Shown here piece after piece: positions 10,405 through 20,528 of a stretch of 64,000 bases of DNA. Below the pieces are notes generated by a model. The model saw only the letters and a program-made list of their open reading frames with translations, was not told where the DNA came from and searched no databases. Position 1 is the first letter of the stretch. Each line of letters starts with the position of its first letter. Origin of the DNA: an uncultured Chloroflexia bacterium (lineage in GTDB: Bacteria > Chloroflexota > Limnocylindria > Limnocylindrales > CSP1-4); assembly GCA_963768655.1 (NCBI GenBank), contig CAVYIM010000005.1, positions 192,001 through 256,000 of the forward strand. Reading direction: 5' to 3'. The position numbers were made by a program, and so were the translations under genes.

Positions 10405-11460
10405 CTACGCCTCTTCCCGCTCGACTTCCTGGCGCGTGGCCGGTTCAACGACTGCCGCCGTAACGGCGGCGACACGCGGCACGAACGATGCCGCCAGCGA
10501 GGTCTCAGCCGCGCGGACCTGCTCCTCGTAGGAGAGGATTCCCAGCCGCCCCAGCGTCGCCAGCTCGTCGCGTATATAGGTTCGCAGCATCTCGGGGCCG
10601 TCGGTGCTGATGGCGTAGCGAACCTCGTTGCGGCGGAACTGCTCGAAGATCCAGCGGAACTCCTCCCAGCTCGATACGACCTCCGTCTGCAGGTTCGAGG
10701 TGGGGCAGATCTCGAGGACGATCCCGCGCTCACGCAGCATGGCCATCGTCCCGGGATCGTACGCGGCCTTGACGCCGTGCCCTATGCGGTCGGGCTCGAG
10801 CTGCTCGATCACCTCCGCTATCTCCTCTACGGGCCCCAATTCGCCGACGTGGACCGTGGTTCCCAGCCCGAAACGGCGGGCGCGCCTGAAGAGCGAGCTG
10901 TAGTCGGCCACCCGGAATCCACCGAATTCGGGGCCCGCGATGTCGATCCCGACGATGCCTCGGTCGTGCCACGCGATGGCCTTCTCGGCGATGATCTCGT
11001 TCAGCTCGAATGGGAAGGCGCGGTCCAGGCAGAGGATGATCCCGGGCCGGATCGGGTACTCGAGCATGGCCCGGTCCATGCCTCGCAGCGCGGCCGCGAG
11101 GATGTGGTCCAGATCCTGTTCTCCGCCCCTGTTCCGCTTCATCGGATTGAAGCGCAGCTCAGTGGTCGTGACGTTGTTCTTGCGGTATGCGCCGCCCACG
11201 ACCTCGTAGACGGAGCGCTCCATGGCCAGCGGCGAGGACTGGATCAGCTCGGTCCAGTGGAACAGGTGCAGGTAGCCGTCGAAGGAGTGGCCACGGGTCG
11301 GGGAGGCGGTGATCATGTCCCGGAACTGCCAGTAGTCCTTGGTCGGGAGCTTGATCCCCTGGTCGTGGGCGATGCCCCACATGACGGCGGGCGTGACGGC
11401 GCTGCCGAGGTGGCAGTGCAATTCGGCGAGCGGCGTCCGGCGTGGCAGCTGGCGGGTCAT
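10405..11460 (-). CDS. add: Adenosine deaminase family protein
   Basis: AELHCHLG, GIDIAGPE, HVGE, RIGHG, EICPTSN, STD motifs. Confidence 0.88.
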   Translation of the reverse strand: MTRQLPRRTPLAELHCHLGSAVTPAVMWGIAHDQGIKLPTKDYWQFRDMITASPTRGHSFDGYLHLFHWTELIQSSPLAMERSVYEVVGGAYRKNNVTTTELRFNPMKRNRGGEQDLDHILAAALRGMDRAMLEYPIRPGIILCLDRAFPFELNEIIAEKAIAWHDRGIVGIDIAGPEFGGFRVADYSSLFRRARRFGLGTTVHVGELGPVEEIAEVIEQLEPDRIGHGVKAAYDPGTMAMLRERGIVLEICPTSNLQTEVVSSWEEFRWIFEQFRRNEVRYAISTDGPEMLRTYIRDELATLGRLGILSYEEQVRAAETSLAASFVPRVAAVTAAVVEPATRQEVEREEA

Positions 11461-11560
11461 GGCGCAGAGCATATTCCTTCGAACGCCGACCGCCAGCGCT
11501 GCTCGCCAGCTTTGCTCGCCGGCCGGTCCGGCGGGCCGTGGCGTCGCAGTTGCCCCCGCC

Positions 11561-11589
11561 TTGCAGGCAATCGCTCCCGCGGCTACGCT
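11561..11589 (+). promoter_or_regulatory. Putative sigma-70 promoter, copy 1
   Basis: TTGCAG-N17-TACGCT; a matching element lies upstream of the paralogous gene. Confidence 0.55.
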
Positions 11590-11668
11590 GCGGCAACCTG
11601 ACACCGAGATACCCGTCGTGGGTCGACGGCAAGCAATATCGGGAGACCCGGAGAGGATGGGGGCGGTC

Positions 11669-12640
11669 ATGACTTCGCCCAAGCTGCGCATCACGAGCCT
11701 GCTGGCGGCGGCCGCGATTGCGATCGGCGCTTGCGGCCACACGACGGTCACGCCCAGCCCGGCTCCGACTCCGGTCGTGACGCCCGCGCCGAGCCCGACC
11801 CCGACGCCGACCCCCACTCCAACTCCAACTCCAACGCCGGCGCCGACTCAGCTGATCGTGGCGTCGCTCCCCGCCGACCAGCTCGTCTCTGCCGGACGTC
11901 TGACCGTTTGCTCTGACGACACGAACATGCCCCAGGAGTCGCTCGATGCGTCGGGCAAGTCCGTCGGCTCCGACGTCGACCTTGCTGCTGAGATCGCCAC
12001 GAGGCTCGGACTCAATCTCGTGATCCTGAACACGGCCTCGGCCAAGATCCTCGCCGCCCTGGCCGGCGGGCAATGCGACATCAGCATCTCTGCCCAGATC
12101 ATCACGCCGGCCGAGCTCACGAAGGTCGACATGATCCCTTACTTCCAGGCCGGCCAGAGTCTTGTCGTCGCCAAAGGCAATCCGGCCGGCATCAACACGA
12201 CGTACGACCTGTGCAACAAGACCGTCGCCGTCACGAAGGGCAGCCCCGAAGCCAACCACATCAACGGCGTCGGCCCATACACTCCGGCCAGGGGGCTGAA
12301 TGCCAACTGCCAGGCAGCGCACCTGAGTCCGATAGTCGTCAAGACCTACGGCAGCGACATCTCTGCGCTCGCTGCCCTGACGGCCGGCAAGGTCGCGGCC
12401 TTCTTCACCGCCTCGCCCATCGCCGGCTACGACGTCCTGTCGCAGCCCGACCAGCTCGATCTGGTTCCGGGCCTCATCCTCGACAGCGCCACAGAAGGCA
12501 TCAGCCTGACCAGGAACCGGGGCGACCTGTACGCGGCCGTCCGGCTGGCCCTCCAGTCGATGATCGACGACGGCACGTATCTCCAGATCCTGACCAAGTA
12601 CGGTGTCCAGGCGGGGGCCGTGGCGTCGACGCTCTCATAG
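11669..12640 (+). CDS. Amino-acid ABC transporter substrate-binding lipoprotein, paralog 1
   Basis: Lipobox IGAC, PT-repeat linker, SBP family 3 motifs (GSDVDLA.EIA.RLGL, DGTY.QIL.KYG). Confidence 0.9.
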   Translation: MTSPKLRITSLLAAAAIAIGACGHTTVTPSPAPTPVVTPAPSPTPTPTPTPTPTPTPAPTQLIVASLPADQLVSAGRLTVCSDDTNMPQESLDASGKSVGSDVDLAAEIATRLGLNLVILNTASAKILAALAGGQCDISISAQIITPAELTKVDMIPYFQAGQSLVVAKGNPAGINTTYDLCNKTVAVTKGSPEANHINGVGPYTPARGLNANCQAAHLSPIVVKTYGSDISALAALTAGKVAAFFTASPIAGYDVLSQPDQLDLVPGLILDSATEGISLTRNRGDLYAAVRLALQSMIDDGTYLQILTKYGVQAGAVASTLS

Positions 12641-12765
12641 CCCGGGCTGCCGGCCGTGCCGTAGATCGCTCGGCCGGTTCCGCCGCCAATGAGCCTTGAC
12701 GGCGCTCACCGAGCGCGGAGGGCGCGATCCGCAACCTGTCCGCAACCGTGGATGTCGTGGGCGTC

Positions 12766-12794
12766 TTGCGCGCTACCGCCCCTGAGGCTACGCT
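12766..12794 (+). promoter_or_regulatory. Putative sigma-70 promoter, copy 2
   Basis: TTGCGC-N17-TACGCT. Confidence 0.55.
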
Positions 12795-12873
12795 GCGCCA
12801 ACAGATCCCAAGAGCAGGCCGACGGGGTGGACGGCAGGCTGCGGTGGGACCCCAGGAGGAATGGAGGTTACTC

Positions 12874-13860
12874 GTGATCTCATCTCGACTCCGCATCGCC
12901 GGTGTCCTAGCCGCGGCGGCAATCGTCGTCGGCGCCTGCTCGGCTGCCGCCACACCGGTGCCGACACCAGCCCCGACCGTGGCCCCGACACCGACCGCAG
13001 TCGTCGGGCCGACCGGCACTCCGGCTCCGACCGCGACTCCCGCCCCGACCGCGACTCCCGCCCCGACGCAAGTGATCGTCGGAACCGTGCCGCCCGATCA
13101 ACTCGTGGACGCCGGACACCTGACGATCTGCTCCGACATCCCCTACCCGCCGCAGGAATTCTTCGACGCGAACGGCGACCCGACGGGCTCGGACATCGAC
13201 ATCGGCGGTGAGATCGCCGCCCGGCTCGGCCTCAAGCTGTCGGTCCAGAACACCGTGTTCGACACGATCATCGCCGCCCTCCAGGGCAACAAGTGCGACA
13301 TCATCATCTCGGCCCAGAACATCACCCCTGACCGCCTCAAGCAGGTCGACATGATCCCGTACTTCCACGCCGGCCAGTCGTTCGTGGTCGCCAAGGGCAA
13401 CCCGACCGGCATCGCGACCGCCATGGATCTGTGCGGCAAGTCGGTCGGCGTCGAGGACGGTACGACCGAGGAAGGCCACCTCAACGGGACGGGCGACTAC
13501 AAGGCCTCCGACGGGCTGAGCAACCAGTGCGTCGCAGCCGGCAAGGCGAAGATCGACGTCCAGCCCTTTACGAAGGACAGTGACGCCCTCCTTGCCCTTC
13601 AGTCCGGCAAGGTCGCGGCCTACTTCACCGACTCCCCCGTCGCCGGCTACTACACGGTTCAGCAGCCCACGCTGTTCCAGGTCGTTCCCAACCTCATCCT
13701 CGACGATGTCAACGAAGGCATCAGCGTCAGCAAGTCAAACACGGCCCTCGAGGCGTCCGTCAAGGCCGCCCTACAGTCGATGATCGACGACGGCACGTAC
13801 GTCCAGATCCTGACGAAGTACGGTGTCCAGGCGGACGCCGTCACATCCACCAACTCCTAG
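12874..13860 (+). CDS. Amino-acid ABC transporter substrate-binding lipoprotein, paralog 2
   Basis: GGAGG RBS with GTG start; lipobox VGAC; SDIPYPPQEF, GSDIDIG motifs. Confidence 0.92.
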   Translation: MISSRLRIAGVLAAAAIVVGACSAAATPVPTPAPTVAPTPTAVVGPTGTPAPTATPAPTATPAPTQVIVGTVPPDQLVDAGHLTICSDIPYPPQEFFDANGDPTGSDIDIGGEIAARLGLKLSVQNTVFDTIIAALQGNKCDIIISAQNITPDRLKQVDMIPYFHAGQSFVVAKGNPTGIATAMDLCGKSVGVEDGTTEEGHLNGTGDYKASDGLSNQCVAAGKAKIDVQPFTKDSDALLALQSGKVAAYFTDSPVAGYYTVQQPTLFQVVPNLILDDVNEGISVSKSNTALEASVKAALQSMIDDGTYVQILTKYGVQADAVTSTNS

Positions 13861-13881
13861 TTCCGCCATACGCGCGACCCG

Positions 13882-14790
13882 ATGAGCGCGCTGCGCATTC
13901 GAGGCATCCGGCCGGCCGCGCTGGTCGGATGCCTCGTGCTCCTTGGTCTGATCGTGGCCGGCTGCTCGAGCAGCGGGTCACAGAGCTTCCAATTCGACGC
14001 GAACGTCTTCCTGGATGACCTCAACCCGACCTCGCCGGGCGTGGTCGGCGTGCTCTACCTGACAATCATCATTTCTGTGGTCGCCCAGGTGCTCGGCGTC
14101 CTGCTCGGCGTCCTTGCCGCGCTCGGCAAGATGGCTCGCATCCTGCCGCTACGGGTCATCGCGAACGTCTACATCTGGTTCTTCCGCGGTACGCCGCTGC
14201 TCGTCCAACTCGCCTTCTTCTACTTCGGGTTCGGGGCAGCCCACCTTTGGGGCTGGAGTAACGTCACCGTCTTCGGGTTCTTCATTCCCGGAGCGATCCA
14301 GGCGGCCATGGTGATCCTCGGCGTGAACGAGGGGGCCTACATGGCCGAGATCATCCGCGCGGGAATCCTGGCCGTCGACCCTGGCCAGACCGAAGCCGCG
14401 AAGTCTCTCGGCATGACCTACCGCCTGACGATGACCCGCATCGTCCTGCCCCAGGCCGCGCGGGTGATCATTCCCCCGCTCGGCAACGAGTTCAACAACA
14501 TGCTCAAGACAACGAGCCTGATATCCGTGCTCGGAGTGGTGGAAACGTACAACCACTACGTGATCCTGCAGGGCAATGACTTCCGGCCGTTCGAGGCCTA
14601 CGCCGCCTGCGCTCTTTGGTTCCTTCTGCTGACAACAATCTGGGGCTTCATCCAGTCCCAGATCGAGATCCGGTTTGCGCGCGGCACGGCCACTGGATCG
14701 TCGGCGGCTCCGGGGCCGGGTTGGCGCACGCGTCTCTTCGGCAGCCGATCTGGGGCGGGCGCTGAGATGGGCGTCCTGGGAGGCCACTGA
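13882..14790 (+). CDS. Polar amino-acid ABC transporter permease
   Basis: [34 protein letters not shown] motifs. Confidence 0.95.
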   Translation: MSALRIRGIRPAALVGCLVLLGLIVAGCSSSGSQSFQFDANVFLDDLNPTSPGVVGVLYLTIIISVVAQVLGVLLGVLAALGKMARILPLRVIANVYIWFFRGTPLLVQLAFFYFGFGAAHLWGWSNVTVFGFFIPGAIQAAMVILGVNEGAYMAEIIRAGILAVDPGQTEAAKSLGMTYRLTMTRIVLPQAARVIIPPLGNEFNNMLKTTSLISVLGVVETYNHYVILQGNDFRPFEAYAACALWFLLLTTIWGFIQSQIEIRFARGTATGSSAAPGPGWRTRLFGSRSGAGAEMGVLGGH

Positions 14791-15620
14791 TGACAACCCC
14801 GAGCGTCAGTAGCAGCCTCCTCGGCGCCATCGGCGGCGTGCCGCGGCCGGCCGTGGACGTGGTCGTCGACGCACGCGACGTCAACAAGTGGTTCGGCCGC
14901 CTGCACGTCCTCCAGGACATCTGCCTCCAGGTCAAGCGCCAGGAGACGGTCGTCATCATCGGCCCGTCCGGGTCGGGCAAGACGACCTTCATCCGCTGTG
15001 TCAACCACCTTGAGAAGATCCAGAGCGGCCGAATCTTTGTCAACGGCCATCTCATCGGCTATCGCGAGGCCGGCGGCGGCAAGAGGCTGGTCGAGGACAA
15101 GGAGAAGAACATCGCCTTGCAGCGCCAGGAGATCGGCATGGTCTTCCAGCGCTTCAATCTCTTCCCCCATATGACCGCCCTCGAGAACATCATCGAGGCG
15201 CCGATCCACGTGCGCGGCATGGACCACGACGAGGCTGTCGTGGTGGGCCGGGCGCTGCTCGAGCGCGTCGGACTGGCGGCCAAGGAGAAGGTCTACCCGA
15301 ACCAGCTTTCCGGTGGCCAGCAGCAGCGCATCGCCATCGCCCGCGCCCTGGCGATGAAGCCCGCCTTGATGCTCTTCGACGAGCCGACCTCCGCCCTCGA
15401 CCCCGAGATGATCGGCGAGGTGCTGGAGGTCATGAAGGAGCTGGCCCGCGAAGGCATGACGATGATCGTGGTCAGCCACGAGATGGGCTTCGCGCGCGAG
15501 GTGGCCAACCGGGTCGTCATGATGGACGACGGCGTGATCGTCGAGGAGGGCACGCCGGATCAGATGTTCAGCTCGCCGACGCAGGACCGCACCAAGGCAT
15601 TCCTCTCGAAGATCCTGTAA
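14790..15620 (+). CDS. Polar amino-acid ABC transporter ATPase (GlnQ-like)
   Basis: [34 protein letters not shown] motifs. Confidence 0.96.
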   Translation: MTTPSVSSSLLGAIGGVPRPAVDVVVDARDVNKWFGRLHVLQDICLQVKRQETVVIIGPSGSGKTTFIRCVNHLEKIQSGRIFVNGHLIGYREAGGGKRLVEDKEKNIALQRQEIGMVFQRFNLFPHMTALENIIEAPIHVRGMDHDEAVVVGRALLERVGLAAKEKVYPNQLSGGQQQRIAIARALAMKPALMLFDEPTSALDPEMIGEVLEVMKELAREGMTMIVVSHEMGFAREVANRVVMMDDGVIVEEGTPDQMFSSPTQDRTKAFLSKIL

Positions 15621-15731
15621 GTCGCGGGGGCGGGCCGGGGCGGCGCGGCGGGAGAGGCGGCGCGGCCGGCGGCGCAGGGCGGGGGCGTGGCGGCGATCCT
15701 ACCTCCGTTCCGAGCGGATCCTCCCCTCTTC

Positions 15732-15916
15732 ATCACCCGGGGCAATGCTACGGGGCGGGTCCGCCTCTGAACCCCCTTGCAGGCGGGGCAGAGCCCGCCT
15801 CAGATCCCGAACCTGAGCGTGGAGTCGGCTTCGAGATGCCAGGCTTGCGAGGTCGGATCCGCATCGCTCCGCGCGGGCGTCGCGTTGCATTGCCGGGGGT
15901 GATATCGAGCAGAAAC
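15732..15916. repeat. IR-bounded segment at the 3' end of the XRE gene
   Basis: ATCACCCGGGGCAATGCTACG (15732) is inverted to CGTTGCATTGCCGGGGGTGAT (15883), 18/21 match. Confidence 0.6.
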
Positions 15917-16560
15917 CAGATGCCTCGCAGATCCTGGTCCGGGCTCTTCAGCCAGCGCCGGACGTCGGCGGTCCGAGCCGGCAGGGCCGCGGCGAAGATG
16001 GGGCGGAAACGCTCCACGGCGTTTCGCGCCCATGTTTCGTCGGGCAGCACGAGCACACTTCCGACCACGAGCGGCCTCCAGCCGAGTTTGCGCGCGAGTG
16101 TGGGTGCGAGCCGACGCTTGCGGTCCATCTTGGAGAGCAGATCCTGCAGGTCGACCACCCTGGTCTTCATCTCCAGACAAAGCAGGGCGCAGGTCGCGGG
16201 CTGCCAGGCCAGTACGTCGATGGATCCCCGCTCGCCCCATTCGTTGAAGGTGTGCTCCGGCACGATCTGCCAGCCCATCGCCGTCAGCTGTCGGACGACC
16301 TCGCGGACCATGGCGGCGTGTCGTTCGTCCAGAAGCTTCGCCAGATCGGCGCCGCGCCAGTGCGACACCAGCTCGAGCGATACGCCCAAGGCTCCCGCGA
16401 CCCGTCGAACGAGCCGAAGCGGGGTGCGTTCGAAGCCGCCGCACTCGATCAGCGACACCGTCGGCTGGCTCACCCCCGCTGCAACGGCTACCTGGGCCTG
16501 GCTCATGCCGCGCCTGATCCGCACCGCTCGAATGGCAGAGCCGACCTGGGCGTCATCCAT
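15748..16560 (-). CDS. XRE-HTH protein with C-terminal PD-(D/E)XK-like domain
   Basis: RGMSQAQVA...VSQPTVSLIE HTH; E...GSID.LAW...EMKT nuclease-like motif. Confidence 0.8.
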   Translation of the reverse strand: MDDAQVGSAIRAVRIRRGMSQAQVAVAAGVSQPTVSLIECGGFERTPLRLVRRVAGALGVSLELVSHWRGADLAKLLDERHAAMVREVVRQLTAMGWQIVPEHTFNEWGERGSIDVLAWQPATCALLCLEMKTRVVDLQDLLSKMDRKRRLAPTLARKLGWRPLVVGSVLVLPDETWARNAVERFRPIFAAALPARTADVRRWLKSPDQDLRGIWFLLDITPGNATRRPRGAMRIRPRKPGISKPTPRSGSGSEAGSAPPARGFRGGPAP

Positions 16561-16636
16561 GCCAATGAGGATGCCCCGGTCGGCTCAACTGGTGCTTATC
16601 TGGTGGCGCAGCATGCGGCGAACCGCGATCAGCCGC

Positions 16637-17743
16637 CTATTCGGGCCGATAGATGATGCGGCCGTCGGCTGCGATGGTCGGGCCGCGGCGCTGGGTCTCC
16701 GGTGCGGCCGCCGTCCCGGCCACCCGCGCCGCCCGCTCGGCGCGCCGCGCCTCCGCGTCCGGGACCTGGTCGCGGGCGTGGTAGCTCGACCGGACGAGCG
16801 GCCCCGACTCCACGTGGCGAAAGCCCAGCGCCAGCGCCTCCTCGCGCATCTCGGCGAACTCGTCGGGGTGGTAGTAGCGCTCGACGGGGAGGTGCTGCAC
16901 CGAGGGCCGCAGGTACTGGCCAAGGGTCAGGATGTCGCAGTCGACCGCGCGCAGGTCCACGAACGCCCGGTGCAGCTCCGGCCGCGTCTCGCCGAGCCCG
17001 ACCATGATCGACGACTTGGTGTGGACCGCCGGGTGCGGCCCGACCTCGCCGGCCCCGCCCGACGCGGCCGCGAACTCGGCGGCGTATACCTTCGCCCGCT
17101 CGAGAACGCCGAGCGATCGGTCGTATCGAGCCCGCTTCCGGACCGGCTTCTGCAGCCGCGCGACCGTCTCGACGTTGTGATTGAGGATGTCCGGCCCGGC
17201 CGCCATCACGGTTCGGAGCGGCGCCTCCTCTCCGTTGAAGTCGGGGATCAGGACCTCGACGCCCATGCCGGGGCAGGCGTCCCGCAGCCGCCGGATCGTC
17301 TCGGCGAAGACGCTCGCTCCGCCATCGGCCAGGTCGTCGCGGGCGACGCTCGTGACCACGACGTGATCGAGCCCCAGGCCGCGGATGGCTTCCGCGACGC
17401 GGCGGGGCTCGTCCAGGTCGTGAACCGTAGGCTTGCCCGTCTTGATCGCGCAGAACCCGCAGGCCCGCGTGCACACATCCCCGAGAATCATGACCGTGGC
17501 CGTGCGCTGGTCCCAGCACTCTCCGACGTTCGGGCATTGAGCCTCGGCGCAGACGGTGTGCAGCGAGAGACCGTTCAGCAGCCGGCGAACCTCCTGGTAC
17601 GTCTCGCCCGACGGGATCCGGGCCTTGATCCAGTCGGGATGCCGCCGCAGGGGCGCCGACCCATCGACGGCGGCGCCGAACGTGCCGCCGCCCATGGCGA
17701 TCGTGGGCGGCAGGAGGCGCGGGCGCAGGTGCTCGTCGTCCAT
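16637..17743 (-). CDS. lipA: Lipoyl synthase
   Basis: TVCAEAQCPNVGECW, CTRACGFC, NHNVETV, GPLVRSSYHA motifs. Confidence 0.97.
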   Translation of the reverse strand: MDDEHLRPRLLPPTIAMGGGTFGAAVDGSAPLRRHPDWIKARIPSGETYQEVRRLLNGLSLHTVCAEAQCPNVGECWDQRTATVMILGDVCTRACGFCAIKTGKPTVHDLDEPRRVAEAIRGLGLDHVVVTSVARDDLADGGASVFAETIRRLRDACPGMGVEVLIPDFNGEEAPLRTVMAAGPDILNHNVETVARLQKPVRKRARYDRSLGVLERAKVYAAEFAAASGGAGEVGPHPAVHTKSSIMVGLGETRPELHRAFVDLRAVDCDILTLGQYLRPSVQHLPVERYYHPDEFAEMREEALALGFRHVESGPLVRSSYHARDQVPDAEARRAERAARVAGTAAAPETQRRGPTIAADGRIIYRPE

Positions 17744-17752
17744 CGTTCGAGT

Positions 17753-19223
17753 CTAGTAGATCGGCGTGTCGGGGCCGACCGCCTCGAGCCTGCAGATCAC
17801 ATCGCGCACGAACCGGCCGACCTGCGCCCCGTCGGTGGCCCGGTGGTCGTAGCCGGCAACCAGGTTCATCATCGAGCGGATGGCGATGACGTCGCCTTCG
17901 GGCGTCTCGCGGACCACGGGCCGCTTCACGACGGCCTCCGTGGTCAGGATGCAGACCTCCGGGATGTTGAGGATCGGGACCGTCAGGATCGAGCCGAACC
18001 AGCCGGTGTTGTCGACCGTGAAGGTTCCACCCTGCAGGTCCTCGAGGCGCAGCCTGTTCGACCGGGCTCGCGCCGCGAGGTCCTGGATCGCGCGATTGAT
18101 GCCGCTGATCGAGAGCTGATCCGCGTCGTGGATGACCGGAACGATCAGCCCGTTCTCGACGGCGATGGCGATTCCGACATTGATGCGGCGCTTGCGCAGC
18201 AGGCCGCCGTCCGTGTAGTGGGCGTTGAGGTCGGGATTGGCCATCAGCCCCTCGACGACGGCCTTGACCACGAACGGCAGGAAACTGAGGCCGACGCCCT
18301 CGCGGTCCTTGTATGCGGCTCCGATCGAGGCCCTCAGGTTGACGACGGCGGTCATGTCCGCTTCGAAGGTGCTGTGAGCGACCGGGATGGCGGCGGCACG
18401 CGTCATCTGCGCCGCGATGCCACGACGCATCTGGGTATGCGGGACGAGCACTTCGTCCTGACCGGGCTCCCAGGTCACGGCGGGCGACGACGGACTCGAC
18501 GGGGTCGAAAGGACCGACGGTGCCAGGCCCGGCGCATGGCTCGGGACCACGCGCTCGGGTGCCGGGTAGACGGACGGCGGGACGGCGGCCTGGCCGGCCG
18601 CAGTGGCAGCTCCACGCCCCACGGCGCTCGCTCCCGACCCGAGTCGCGCCAGGGAAGCTCATGACGTCGTCGCGGGTGATGCGGCCAGAGTGGCCCGTCC
18701 CGACGATCTGCGCGGGAATCAGGCCGTGCTCTCGCAGCATGCGGCGGACCGAGGGCGTCATGCGCGCGTCCGGGTCGCCGGGCCGGTCGTCGGCCTCCGC
18801 CCGCATCACCGGCACGAGCGCAGGGGCGGCGGGGAAGATGGGGAGTGGCGCCGGCCGTGGCGCCGTGAGTGGGGCCGAGGGCGCCGAGGGCGCCGGAGCG
18901 GCCGGGCTCGTGGCGACGGCCGTAGCCCCGAGAGCCGCCGCCTGCGCGGCGGCCGTGCCCGCTCCCCGGGGAGTGGCCGCGGCCCCTGTCACTTCCTCGA
19001 TCTCCGCGATCTCGACGTTGTACGGGACCGTCTGCCCCTCGTCGACGAGTATCCGGCGCAGGATCCCCTCGAAGGGCGACGGGACCTCGGCGTTGACCTT
19101 GTCGGTGATGACCTCCAGCAGCGGCTCGTCCCTGGCGACGCTGTCGCCGGGGTGCTTGAGCCACTTCCCGATCGTCCCCTCGGCCACGCTCTCGCCGAGT
19201 TGGGGCATCGTCACCTTGGCCAC
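17753..19223 (-). CDS. 2-oxoacid dehydrogenase E2 dihydrolipoamide acyltransferase, apparent +1 frameshift near 18653
   Basis: Lipoyl domain MPQLGESVAEG...TDKV, E3-binding GTG.SGRITRDD, catalytic DHRATDG; GGAGGAG RBS. Confidence 0.92.
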
Positions 19224-19387
19224 GTATCGCTCCTCCTGCGAGGTCTCCGTGGCGACGGGCTCGCCGCCGCCGTTGCCCGCTAGTTTGGCCCATCTGGCGT
19301 GATGCGGGCCAGTCGCGCGATTCACAGCCCACTCCGCGGGTTTAGGGGCCCGATGCCGGGGGACCGATTACCGACTCCGTTCCAAAT

Positions 19388-19549
19388 ATCACCGCGGGCG
19401 ATGCTACGCGACGAGTTCGCTCGATCGAGCCCCTCTTGCGCCCCGGTTCAAGCGTGGATTGGGCCGCGGCGCCGTCCACCACCGCACGAGCGCCGCGAAT
19501 TGGTGCCCTGACCCACGTAGCATCGCTCCCGGCGACATTGAGCAGAAAC
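19388..19549. repeat. Degenerate stand-alone copy of the 15732-15916 IR-bounded segment
   Basis: ATCACCGCGGGCGATGCTACG...AGCGTGGA...CGTAGCATCGC...GAGCAGAAAC in the same order and orientation. Confidence 0.6.
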
Positions 19550-19693
19550 ACCGGCGCAACAGGCTCCAGACCAGGTGCGGTTGGGCCAGTGCCGTCTCGC
19601 ACCGCGGTTCGCTACGATTCCGACGACATGCGGCCCGGCGCGGCGGCACCCATCATGATCCGAGATCCCGTTTCGGAGCCCAAGGAGGATCGA

Positions 19694-20470
19694 GTGGCCA
19701 GGACGATCGTGCTCATCCACGGGGCGTGGATGACGCCGCTCTGCTGGGAGGGCTTCATCCGGCGCTACGAGGCCCGGGGCTACCGCGTCATCGCGCCGGC
19801 CTGGCCGTACGACGATCGCCCCGTGCCCGAATTGCGCCGCTCGCCCGCCCCGGAACTGGCCGGCGTCGGGTTCCGCGAAATCACCGATCACTACGAGCGG
19901 ATCATCAAGGCCCTCCCGGAGCCGCCGCTTATCATCGGCCACTCGATGGGCGGCCTGGTGGCGCAGCAGCTCCTTGACCGCGGCCTCGGCGCGGCCGGCG
20001 TGGCGATCGACCCCGCACCGCCGCGCGGCGTGCTTGCGGGGCCTCGCGCCACGTGGTCCGGCCTGCCGACCGTGCTGGCCTGGGGCAGCTGGCGGAAGGT
20101 TCGACCGATGTCGTTTCGGCGCTTCGCCTGGAGCTTCTGCCACACCCTGGAGGCGGACGAGCAGCTCGCCGCGTATCAGCGCCAGGTCGTGCCGACGCCG
20201 GGCCGGCTGTACTGGCAGCTGCTATTCGGCCGGGACACGAACGTCGACTTCCGCAACGGCAAGCGCGCTCCGCTGCTGATAACCGCGGCGTCGAAGGACC
20301 GCGCCGTCGATGCCTCGACGATCCGCTCGAACTACCGCAAGTACCGCCGATCCCCCGCCATCACGGAGCTCCTGGAGTTCCCCGACCGAACCCACTGGCT
20401 CATCGCCGCTCCGGGCTGGGAGGAGGTCGCCGACTCGATCCTCGGCTGGGTCGAGAAGCGCTCGAAATAG
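19694..20470 (+). CDS. Alpha/beta hydrolase
   Basis: AAGGAGG RBS; IVLIHGAW, GHSMGG, D, RTHW catalytic motifs. Confidence 0.92.
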   Translation: MARTIVLIHGAWMTPLCWEGFIRRYEARGYRVIAPAWPYDDRPVPELRRSPAPELAGVGFREITDHYERIIKALPEPPLIIGHSMGGLVAQQLLDRGLGAAGVAIDPAPPRGVLAGPRATWSGLPTVLAWGSWRKVRPMSFRRFAWSFCHTLEADEQLAAYQRQVVPTPGRLYWQLLFGRDTNVDFRNGKRAPLLITAASKDRAVDASTIRSNYRKYRRSPAITELLEFPDRTHWLIAAPGWEEVADSILGWVEKRSK

Positions 20471-20528
20471 GCGCGCCGCACCCCGAACCCCGGATCGCCG
20501 CCCGCGCCGGGCGAGCCGCCGCGCCGCG

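Noticed and set aside
11750-11850. Short tandem repeats (also 12950-13070)
   Set aside because: They encode Pro-Thr linkers of the lipoproteins
15836-18664. 942-aa plus-strand ORF and similar long ORFs (20310-22847, 33414-34973, 45755-47461)
   Set aside because: Antisense or alternate-frame shadows of real genes in high-GC DNA; no recognisable motifs
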